NCBI GenBank assembly: GCA_002633005.1
Contig: NMRA01000061.1
Location: 110,568 to 174,567 of the forward strand
Length of the DNA stretch: 64,000 bases
Direction: 5' to 3'
Source: Phoronis australis
Taxonomy: Eukaryota; Animalia; Phoronida
Both the position numbers and the translations under genes were made by a program. The notes beneath the pieces were generated by a model that ran no database searches, was not told the origin of the DNA, and saw nothing but the letters and a program-made list of their open reading frames with translations. Shown here piece after piece: positions 21,801 to 33,800 of this stretch; position 1 is the first letter of the stretch; each line of letters starts with the position of its first letter.

Positions 21801-24800
21801 TAGTAATGGCTGGAAATGATTTGTTTGCAGAAGACAAAAGAGAAAAGTGAACTAAGCTGTGGGTGGACATTACTTCCATTATTCCAAGAAGGTGGCATTC
21901 CATTAGCCAACAAGTAATTTTAATTATTTAGCACAGGACCTGTTAAATGTTGAGTGACATAGGACTTAAGTCAGAAATTTGTCTGATTTATGCTCCACAC
22001 AGTCAACTACTTCTTAAAAATAATTAAATGTCACTTTCAGTGCAAAGTCTTTGAGAATACGGAGAATGTAGCACACATTACTGCATTTTACTGCCATAAT
22101 TTCTATAAATTGTTTCGAGAGAATGATGTTCTCATAATTACTTGACTAAACCTTTTTCAGCAATTTTGAAGTGAGAGCAGAAAACCAAATTTCTGTCTCA
22201 AGTCTAAGTATAATAGACCCATACTATCTATTTTATATTTTTGGTGTTCAACAAATTAAAATTATTTGTTAAAGAAATGCACCAGCAAAAATTACTGTTC
22301 CAAATTCAGTTTGAAACACCCAGTTAAGTTTAACCATAACAGAATATTAGATTCATGGATGCAATGATTTGCTAAACATTTCACCTCTTCTGGTTTGGCA
22401 ATTAATTTATGACTCCTAAATGATTCTTTTTTGGTTTTGTTAAGAATGAGCTTTTGAGCATTATCGTAGATGTTGATTATTTCATTTTTCTTGCAAACAG
22501 GTAGACTTTTAATTTAATTCAGAACATTCGTCTTTATTTTCCTTCATTTTGGTCTCAATTATCAGTTAGAAGCTGTCAAATCTTGGTATTATCTGTATTT
22601 TTAGACGCTTGAAGCGGGCCGGAGAAATTAACAACAAAAGTTAACTTGAAACTTGTTCACTGTTAATCATGTTACATTCACTGAAGTATTTTCGAGAAGT
22701 ACAACTATCATAAAATGTACTTGACTTGACTTTTTTGGTGAGCAGAGCAGCTAGTTTGTAATTTAAACGTGGCTTTGGAGCTGCTAAGGAGAGGGCAAAA
22801 ACTCCTTTATATGGGATAGCTCTCTTTTGATAAGTGAGTATACTAACCTGAATTTTGCGCTTTGTATTTGATTATTGCCTGATTAAAAATCATGGATGGT
22901 GGGTTGGAGAAATGAAGGAAAAGTGTGGGTCATGGGTGTAAAGTAAAAGTGCCTCCAATCCCCCAAAATTTCAATGGAACAGCTCTGATTTTTTGGTATA
23001 TTTTTAGAACCTATGATCAGATTCTGCATGGTGGCACTCCTTATGAGAAAGGAGTTGAAGTGGACCCGTCCATCAGCAGGCGAGGTGAGTCCCTTCTTAC
23101 TCTCTCGATACTTTCCTGTGTAATACCATTAACTAATTAATTTCTAAACTTAATTCTTTCAAAAAAAAATTTTGAATTAAATATTATTTCTGTCTCTGAT
23201 GAGGCTTCAGAAACTCCCAACTTTTTCCTGTTTCCATGAGGCTGTGGTGCCCTCTGTGGTGCTATTTTTTTATTAGTTGTTGAATTAATTCTCTAACTTA
23301 ATCGTTGTTACTCGTTCATGGCAAATGAGCTTGGAAGTAAAATTATAATTTTTACTTGCTATAAGGCTTCTAAAACTAAAACTATGTGCTTGTCTTCAGT
23401 TTTTCAAGGCTTTTGAATGAGGTGGTTTTGCTCGCTGTTCACCTTTTGCAAAATTAGCTACTCTTACGGGACTATGGAAATAGATGGTTGGATACTAGCA
23501 GACTCTCCTATTAGGTAGTTTTAGTAAAATAATGACTACCCATGTATCTGTATGCAGAAATTTCTGTTTTTATTGTGAGATACCTCACCTCATCAAAAGG
23601 CATTTTTTATGAGTATTGTATTCGTCAAAGTATGACCACTAAAGTACTCTGCTTTGTATCAGCCCAAGTTGTAACTCAATTACCTTCTAGCACAGACATA
23701 CTAGAAATTTTGCTAAAGCATCCTTGGGTCCATTTCATGAAAAGTGTTTTAAGACTTAACTCAGCAGATTTATTTTATGTTCTACACAGTGATTTTGGAA
23801 AAATAGTTTTATGTCACACGGGCAAAAGTTTAAGATATTTGAAAATATGTCTCGTGTCTCGGTGAATTCGTATTTTTACTCCAACTTGTGATGCTTTAAC
23901 AATTGACTAAAATGTCATTCCACTATTAATTGTTAAGGGTGAATGTAAGTCAAATTTTCTGATTTGATATGATGAATAGATTTTCACGAGGCAGACCCCT
24001 GGTGTTGTTTTACCTGTCGCCTGATCAATTTCTTAAAGTGCATTGTAAACTAACTATCTTTGTATTCTTTTGTAACAAAAGCCGGTGAGTATTACTGACC
24101 GCATGTTGCATTAATGCTTCCTAATATCTGGAATTGTTGATAGTGTCCTGCTTGTAGTAGTATACGGGGTGTCTAGAGGGTTGAGAAAAGTAGCGTTAGC
24201 CAACATGGTGCCTGTTAACCAAATGTAGTTTGATAGAGAATGTAGTTTTTCGTTTTTCATTAATTAACAAGTGGTTCGTTTGTTGTTTGTATTAAAAGAT
24301 GTTTGTTTGCTCAAATTTTCAACTCAATTACTAACTAGGCATTTTTGAATTTGTTACGAGATTTGTTGGAACTTTGCTGTCTACAAAAGTTAGGGGTTTT
24401 GAAAATGTCAGAAGCTTTTAAGTTGACATTGATTAGTCATGGAAGTTTTGTGAATCAGTTTTTGAAATTTTGACAATCTACATGATTGTGATATTGGGAT
24501 TGGTTTTCAATTACAATGTCGAACTAAATTTTAAAAATAATGATCCATCATTTTCACATTTTTGCTGGACCTTTGTTGAGCAATACTGGCCATGGTGTAC
24601 CACAAAAGGTAACAGCTGTATGCCCATCCACTAATTCTAGGTTACTGACCTACCATATGCCTCATAATTGCCTATTTTTTTTCTGTAATCGTGTCATATT
24701 GACTTTCAATTGACGGCTATTTTGATCTGCTGACTGCTTCATAAATGCGGACACTTACCTCGAATTAAGAGTCAAAAATGGAGTGTCTATTAAGTTAATT

Positions 24801-27800
24801 TTTGAGGGGCACACTGTTCTCCCCACATGTGTTGGAACATGGTGCTGCATCCCACTTTTGAAATGTTTTCCACCACATTTGGAAATCTTGAGCTAAGTTT
24901 GAAAAGCTCTAAGCCATAATTGAAAAGCTCTGAGTCGTGTTTGAAATGCTGTGAGACATGTTTTATAAGCCTGCTTTCAAGACAAATGATTTGAAATTGA
25001 ATATTATTAATAGCCCCTCTAGCAGAAGTGGAATATATTGAAAATATTTCCTTACAGCATTTTAGAGAACATTGCCTAATTCATAATATGTGAACGTTTC
25101 ATATGAATCAGATCAGCCGTTCCTGAGATATGATGTTCCGAAGATACCCAAACAGGTCATTTTTCTGGGGTCCTACATAACCTTAAATTCATTTTGTCAT
25201 ATATGCATGTTATGTCTAAAACTTTGTGACCATTTGTCTATGTTGTTCTGAGGAGGAAACTTGTGCTTGCTAGGCTGTAGACTTGCTAACCATCCTGCAA
25301 AGAACATTACTGTGTTGATCATTGATTTTGTCGCCATTTATAGGTCAGTATTGAATCCTCGCCACTGCATTGTATGTAAATTGTTGACTAGCGTCTGGTA
25401 TTTGACTGTCTATTGACGAGACAGGAATGTTAGGTCAACAAATCACTCCTTTTGTGATTGAAAAACTAGAGCAAAAAATAAGAATTCATTTTTGAGACGT
25501 AATTGTCTTGTTTAGGTAAAGAAACTCACTGATTTTGTCTTGATACAATTGAAGTTTTTGCCAGTCAATGCAGAAGCACTGGATCCTGTTCAATTCTCAT
25601 TTGTTGAATCTAATTCATTTTGTTTACAGTGAGTACTAACCCAATAAAGTCCTTGATATCTCGAAACAAACAGCCACGGATGTCCATTAAAGTTTCAGCG
25701 CCATCTAGGGAGCAGAAAGAACAACTGGAGTAAGTCTTCTGTGTTACAGTTGGAAAGTAATTGTAAGGGGAGTTTACCTGGAAACATTTTTTCCCAGGTG
25801 TTTGTTTCAATGATATTCCGTTTGTGATGAGTTTGTCATTTGGCCAACATTTCATGTGTAAAAGCTTGTTTTCAGTAATACTTCTGTGAATACATTCGAC
25901 ACTGCCTTAGGCGCTACATTGCATTTCCCAACTGGCAACTGTTGTGATTACAATAGGCAGCTACCACAGTGCCTGGACGTATATGATTGGCTTGTTTTGT
26001 TTGGAGGTTAGGGAACAAAGATAGGTGTCAGTGATAACCACTGTCTGTTTGTGGTAATGTTCTTTCCCACCCACTTTAGACACTGCTTGTTATGAATCTA
26101 ATTTAAAATCCGTCATTGAAAATTGACCTGTCTGCACAAATCGATTGACACTGCAAATGCTGCTCCTTTGTTTATATGTCCCCGTTTCTATTTTGCCACC
26201 AGTCTCAGCAACACAGTCTTGTGACTTGACTTGTGTACACCTTCGCTAATCAGAGTGATCTCAGTGCCCCCAGAGAATGGTGCAGCAGTGATATTTAGAT
26301 CGGGAACATGCCGTGTCATGTTACGTCATGTCACGTCACAGCGTCAGTCATCAAGAGAACTGAGCAGCTATGCTTTGAGCAAAAAGATGTGAAACATGAC
26401 CTCTGATACTGCGCAACCAATCAGCTCCTTTATCGGGAACAAAAGGGCGCAATCAACTGGTTCCTTCCAGAGGGACGCATTAGTGCCTGGTGTATGCATG
26501 CTTGGAGCAATGGCCCATTTTTATGAAAGATCACGTGCGCAGTTGTAGATACGTACTCACGTACACAACATTGTTTTCTGTTGGATTTAAACTTCTTATC
26601 TTACATATTTCTTTACCGTGTTTGTTGCAGAATTAAACAATTTGATCGCACGCTTTCCTACCTATCATCGTCACATACAACGTCAATGAAGTATGTGATG
26701 TTGGAAATAAACTGTTCAGAGGTGCGACTGGGGTCATGACCTTTAATAAAATATGGCCCGGAGAGCTATATGTGGCCACCAATTTTGCACACTCGTGTTC
26801 TGATCTACTTGATGCTGATTCTTAACCTTTCTATTTCTGCAGCACATTACCCGATGTCCTAGTGGGTAGTATGTGTTACCTGCCAGCCCTTTCGTTCTAC
26901 CGCATCACTCTGGCCGACACCCTGCTGCGAGACCGACCAGACACTCAGTCCACGGAGGTCATTCCCAGCCCCTTTCTGGCCTGGTTCCCCAAGGTGGCTG
27001 AGGCGCATGATCTCATGGATGCATTACGTGTGAGTGGTGGTGACAATATACTATGGCAAAGGACTGTATACACCGTTATTCACGAAGTCACCATTTTAGT
27101 AGTGAGCCTCTTTGTAGGTTAAAAAAAACGTTGCATTTGAGACATAAATATAACGAGGCACGCGAAAAAGTCACGCTTTGCCCTGTAATTAAGAGCAGAA
27201 TGCATTGTTCTTAAAACCTAAAAAGAGGCTCTCTTTTTAATGGCGACTGCGTGAATAAGGTGTATAGGACTGAGCTGTGGACTTATTTTTTACGACTAAG
27301 TTTGAATGCTGTGTTTGCTGGCAGATTAGGTTATGTGGGGGCCTTGCAGAAATGTTCATATTTGTGAACGACTTTTTAACATGGCATCCCAGAAGTGCGT
27401 TATTGGATTCATGCAAAACTTCCAAATAGTGTGCTTAATGCGCTGTTCTCAATACACTGTTAGGAATTCCCTTTAAGATGTTAGCCTGCTTTTGCATTAG
27501 GGCTATCAAAGATGAGACTTTTACGGATTTCAAAAAATGTATGAAACAGACAGGTAATTTAGAAAACTGTAAAAGCCTGTTTGAGATTTCATCTCGACTA
27601 TCAGTGTGTCTTTGCTTTTTCCTAAACTCCACCTAAAACACATGGTCGCATGACTCAATTAATGACAGATTGTTAAGAAGTCAAAATTTTTTTCTACAGG
27701 CTTTCTACGAAGTTAAAACTGATTAGATAATTAGCTAAAACACAAACATGCAGATAGGGCCCTACATAAGGTTCCATGCTTACCTTGAGTCCACTGACAG

Positions 27801-30800
27801 AAGTGAGTGTAGAAAGGCTGATACGTTTATTGCCTCTGTTATTTTTCTTTCTTTGTCACATTTGGCGATATACAGGGTGTCCCAAAAATGTACTCACAGT
27901 TCAGTACGAATCCAGTTCTGGTGCATCAAACTCGTCGCCTGGGCCAACTGTATGGTTACACCTGGCTGTGGAAGTAGGCGCGTGAGCCGTCGTGTGGTCC
28001 GTTCACACAGGAATGGCAAACAAATTATTCAGATTTTGAGAGCCAAATTTTATCGCCCATTGCTAAAGAAATGCAAAGACTGTTAATCTTATTTTTAAAT
28101 TAATAGCCAATGTACTTATTGGTTTAAAGACCTTAAAATTTCTTTTTGGCCATCGTTTCATGAATTCCAGAGACCTTGTTTGTGAAGACAATAAAAATGG
28201 ATTTATTGTCATTTGAAGTGTTGTTAGAGTTTTTGGGACACCCTGTATTATGGGAAATGTCACAGGTATCACCATTTTCACAGAGTGTACACAGCTTATA
28301 CTTTAGGGAGTGAAGGATGGCGTCGGGGCATATGCTTTTGACTTCAAAAAAAAATGGCAATAAAAAAATGGCAATGTAAAAAGAGAAAATTCAATGCTTT
28401 GTTACTTTTAATTAATTTTCGTATCATTAAACATAACAAAACAACAAACAGCTTTAACATTGCCATGGTTCTTTTATGGGAATATCCACCCAGGCAGGCA
28501 TTTTTGTAAAGACTGTTGTATACGTCATACAGTCAGTAAACCAAAACCTGGTCTATAAAAATATCAACACATTTGTGCGCTTTTGAAGAGTAGGATGGAT
28601 GAAGAAAAATGCACATTTTTTGCGTTTGTGGAAATGGCAATAATTTTGAATGGTTCCATGAACAATGTGTCATTTAGAAAGTTCACCATTGCTCAATACC
28701 TTCATAAACATTTTAAGCTCTAGTTCCGTGCTGTGTTCAAGTTGCTTCTTCTAGTCTGACGAAACCACGATTACACATCCAGTTGTGAAGTAACAGGCAC
28801 TTACGCTGCCTTGTAAACTAAGTCTTGATCATTTATTACAGAATGGTTGGACTGAAAAACTGAAGACGGCTAAAAGATCTGATAAGGTTTGTTAACCTCC
28901 AGCATTTTAGTTGATATCAAATGTTCGACATTAAGTCTTTTAATTTATTAGTTGTTTTTTTGTTTAAATTCAAGCTTTGCTCATTTCGTTTTCTATGCAT
29001 TGTAATTTTTATTTTTCTTCCTCAAGTTGTTTTTTTTTGTTTAAATTCAAGCTTTGCTCATTTCATTTTCAATACATTGTAATTTTTATTTTTCTTCCTC
29101 TTCTGCTGCTGATTTCACTGTTGATGTTTTCTGATTAAATTACCTTTCATCTGTTCTGAATGAGAAAAAACGTGTGACTTGTAAAACAACATCTCGTACT
29201 AAACACCCGTGTTACCAGTTTAAGAATTAATTTCTTGTCTCATTTAATGTGCTCCCTTTCAAACTAAGCAACAACACAATCACTGATTGAATTTCTTTTT
29301 TATTTACTTTATTATGCATTGTAATTGATTTCTTTGTAATCACTTTCTGACAACTTTGATGTTTACCAAGATTATTTATCTCACATTATTTAAAGGGTTC
29401 AGTTACGGTTAGTACTTATGTCGCATGGATAGTCTTACCGTCATTGTAGCGTGTTCTATAACTACACTGTAACTCAACCTTCTAAGCACTCACCATTTCC
29501 TTGCACGGGTGTATTCAAAAGGTGGGTTGGGGGTCTTCCCTCCTCTGGCAGACAACAATGAATGTAGCGCATTCAGTGATGCTATGGCTGTATAGCCGAG
29601 TGGTTAGGCTGGTGGACTCTACCAAGGGCTATGGATTCAATCCTTGTAGTCACGTGCCCTGTATCAAGACGGTTAACCTACACTGCTATTAACATGATTA
29701 ACGTGTACGAATGACTACCAGATATGAGTGGGAGGAAACTTTCGGTTGGCTGCATCCATTCCAACAGGAGTTGAAAGACTCTCATCTGCTCGTGCTACTG
29801 AAACTGGAGTCAATAGCTGTCTCATTAAGCCTTAATGGCTCATGGAGGATTTACTTTAAGATTCTATCCCTTGTTCTTAAGATTAGAAACGGTACCATAT
29901 GATATAAAAGTTTCAAGCAACTCTCGTTAGGGGTTGATGTGTCAGTTTCCCCCCCGTTGCGATGTCTTGGATTCGCCTACGCACTGCCTTATGACATCAT
30001 TGCTTGCCATGTCAGAATTTGCACAATGTGTCAACTTTCATTAATTAGGGAGTTGTAATAGAGGTGTCTGGTCAATGGAAAAATTACTAACAATAAATGT
30101 GGAATGTGGTATGTGCTCTTAGCCCAGTGTGGTATGGTTTGGTGAGTGAACAGGTTTCCTAAATATTACCCTTATCAACAGCAAAAACAAACCACATGTC
30201 TCACTTTTATGTTGATTTCTTGTCTGACTAAAGTTGTTACAAGAAATCATAGACGTGTTCGGCAACAAATCATGGTAGGTGGTGAATGGAAAACATGTAG
30301 AAATAGTTTGGTTACTGGTAAAAATTTGTTTTTGCAAACTTAGCTATGTTATATTCTACAGTATTTAATGCATGGTCCTACACCTATATTCTATTAGGAC
30401 TCGAAACTAACTTTTGATTTGGACTACTTATCGATCTGAAGAAGTGGTCACAGCCTTCCCCTTACTTAAATAGTGATTGCTGCATTTGGAAATAAGCGAC
30501 ATTTCGCCATTGCTTGATAGCAGGCTCAACAAGCGCATGGTCATGAGCAATAATGGACTACCCCTTCGGCCAAATCCAACAAACTTAAACAAATAGTTTT
30601 TGATTTGAGTAGAGAATCAAATGAGACCAATTAGAGGTAAGGGGTCTTAATCAAAAACTTGTTTCTTTGACGATGGAACGTGGGTTTATAGCAACTGTAA
30701 TAATGCAGCCATACATTGCCAGTTTCAACTTATCAGAAAGCACTCATTGAGAAGCTGAATTTTCTATGAGGTGAATGCTACTGATACAAAAGTCCACCTG

Positions 30801-33800
30801 AAGTGTTTGTATTGAAGCTGTTGTAGAGGTCAGGTGAACTACAAATGGAGTCTCTCACACCCCCACTGACTACTCGGGTTGTAAAAGCAAATAATCAAAT
30901 GAAAGAGTTAATAACATGCTGCGTTAAAAACACTGAAACTACTGGTGGTGGAACTACGTGACAATTCAGGTAGGGGAGACCAGGGCGAGTTGTACCACCT
31001 ATTGACCTATAGATGGCGTCATCAGCCGTTGATATTTAGTCATCTGACTTAGAGGGTGACTCAACTTACCCTGGTCTTCCCTACTAACTTTATGGAAATT
31101 TTGTCTGGTGCTAAATATGAAATCAAAGTCTCACTGAGTTAAAAGTCTAGCATAATTGATTTTGATTTATTTTTTGGTTGAAAATTGGTACAGTAATGTG
31201 GTCTTTTTCAAGGTGACGTTTCATATTTGCAAAAAGAGAATTTGCCTGATGCCATCTTAAATGAGTCGGGATCCTTTTTTACAGTGAGGTGCAAGTTTCA
31301 AAATGAGTCTGGCGCAGACCAGAGCCAATTATGTTGAGATTTGTCGTAGATTGATCAGGTTCTCTTCAAACTTTTGGTCCCCAGTTTGGTGAAAATAACA
31401 TATGATATACATAAAACAAATGGTGTTCTTTGATCCATGCACCAGACATCCACAATGTTGTGTTATTTGCCAAACTCAATCCGGCAGCTGGTAGCAAATA
31501 ACTGGGAGTTATGAGCTTACACAATCTTCTTGTATTCTCCTACGTTCAAAAACTGTGATGGGATTTTTACTGAGTGGAACCAATGGCCATGCGCATTTCA
31601 ACCTGTTTGACTGGCTAAAACCAAAAATCGAATAAGCCATTTACTCTGATAAAATCAGTCTTGTAGTATTCCTTACCATGAAAGAATACTGTTTCTGTTA
31701 CCAGCAAGAACGTCGAAACCATCAGCGACTCAAAAAACGCTTCAAAGTTTACTGGAGCTGACCAAATTTGGCGCATGTACGCATTGTCTGAGTTTAGTTG
31801 CTGGCTCAGACTACAATTCAAGATCAGATGAGCGTGGTAATGCTCTTCTAAAGTGCTTTGATTAAGAATCCAAAATTGACTGCTAAACACGGGCGAAATT
31901 CATTTTTAGGATAACAAACAGAGCATAAAACATAGTAACCGAAAGTTTCATCGGAATCCGACCAGCCATTTCTGAGGTATGATGTTCGCAGTTAGCCAAA
32001 TTTGGACATTTCTCTAGGGTCCTACATAATCTTAAATGTGGTATTTTTGTGACCATAACACCACACCAATTCCGAATATTTTCCCTTCTCATTCTTTGCA
32101 TGCAAATCAGTCGAGGGCTCTCGGTAGTTGGCATATTTTAGCTAATCGCAAAAAGTGCTTTAATGTCTAGATCTTTTTGTTGGCTACTACTAGAACACCT
32201 TAAGAACAGAATAACAAAATCTGCATGTGTTAGAATTTAGTCATCTTCACTCACGAATACTGTGATGAAATCTTAAACCTGGCACTGCATAATGTCGGTT
32301 CTTGGCTGTACGCCGGTACTAACTCACTGACTATTTCCTCTCGACTGTTTATCATTTAAAAATGTTTACAACGTGTTTCTTTACAGAAAATGTCACCATG
32401 TCCGATTTCTGATTTTAAAAGCCAGTTTGTTTTCTAAATAGTGTGTGTTGAAGGAAATGCCAAGTTAAATTGAGCTCCACCCTAGTTTCTTGCGGTTTTG
32501 AAATGGGTTCATTTGAAACACCTTGCTTGGAGTGTAAGGTCTGTTCAATTAAAGGTTGTGCCTTTGAACTGTTGGCTATTTGTTATTTTGACATCTCTCC
32601 TCACAGAAAATGTCAGTAAGGTTGATAACTTGTTTTGATTACCTAAGTTTGTTAAATGATATGTCACGTTTGTAGCTCTATATGGCCTTCACATGGTAAA
32701 CTGGAACAAATGTGTTTTTAATTCGTGAAAGAGCCTTTATTTAAAACATGTAGCAAGGAATGTTGGTTCCTCTTTTCTTGTAGTTAAGCCATGTATGAAA
32801 AGGTCACAGGTGCTAGAAGAGCGAATAGAACTTAGGATATGATGATATTAATTTGTTTTGGAAACATTGTCGTATGATTTTGAAACTGGAAAACGATGCC
32901 AGGAGTTGAAAAGTAGATGTAGGGAAATGTCGGGGGATATTTGGCGAATGATTAACTAATTTGAAAGAATAGCGATTGTCTCAACCTTATTATTTTGGGG
33001 GCTAGTCTGTCTTGCGCGTATGTTATCAGCCCGCACTTTTTTGCTTTTATTATTTGTTGATATCTGCTTCATGTGAACGATAACCGTTAACTGGATCAAA
33101 TTTTGTATGCCTTATAACCCTGGGACAGTGAAGCGGTGATGTAACTTGTTCATGTTCAAGAACAATTGTGGTTCATTGTATCCTGCTTACCTGTCAGTCA
33201 CTGGCTAAATGCAGACAACAAATTTGTTGTCCTTCGGTCTTTTTAATAAAATATTAAAAATTCGAATACACGGAAGAAAACTGAAAAAAATAAGTTAAAC
33301 TTAATCTAAAAATAAGTTAAACTTAATCTAAAAATAAGTTAAACTTAATCTAAAAATAAGTTAAACTTAATCTAAAATTAAGTTAAAGTTAATCAGAGGT
33401 TATACTGACTGTGGTGGTTAAGGTGATAGATAAGATGATCATATTTTAGATTTTACTGGCACACTCTTCATTGAAGTAGTGTTTGGTGATTGTTACTAGA
33501 AGCATTTGTAATCCGAGTACCGAGCAATAAATTCAGTCTGATCTTGTTATAACTGTAAATGGCCTTAATCAAATGTTTTTGTTAGAGATACGGTTCTGGT
33601 TTATTAACCCTTTAATTTAAGAGTTTGGCTCTGTCAAATTTGTGTTAGCTGCAATGTTGATTTCAAAATCGCATTCCTACGACTTTCTTTCATCCGACTA
33701 ACCAAACACTCTTTGATAAAGTACTCAATTGCCTGTTTAATTTTGAAGGTTTTATAAAATTCTACAATAGGATAAAAATGTCTTTCAAATTTCCTGACAA

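Noticed and set aside
29586-29650. tRNA gene
   Set aside because: A and B boxes are present but no cloverleaf can be folded, and it continues into a SINE body
33286-33394. Palindromic 22-bp repeats as a CRISPR array
   Set aside because: No spacers, no cas genes, eukaryotic intron; a simple minisatellite
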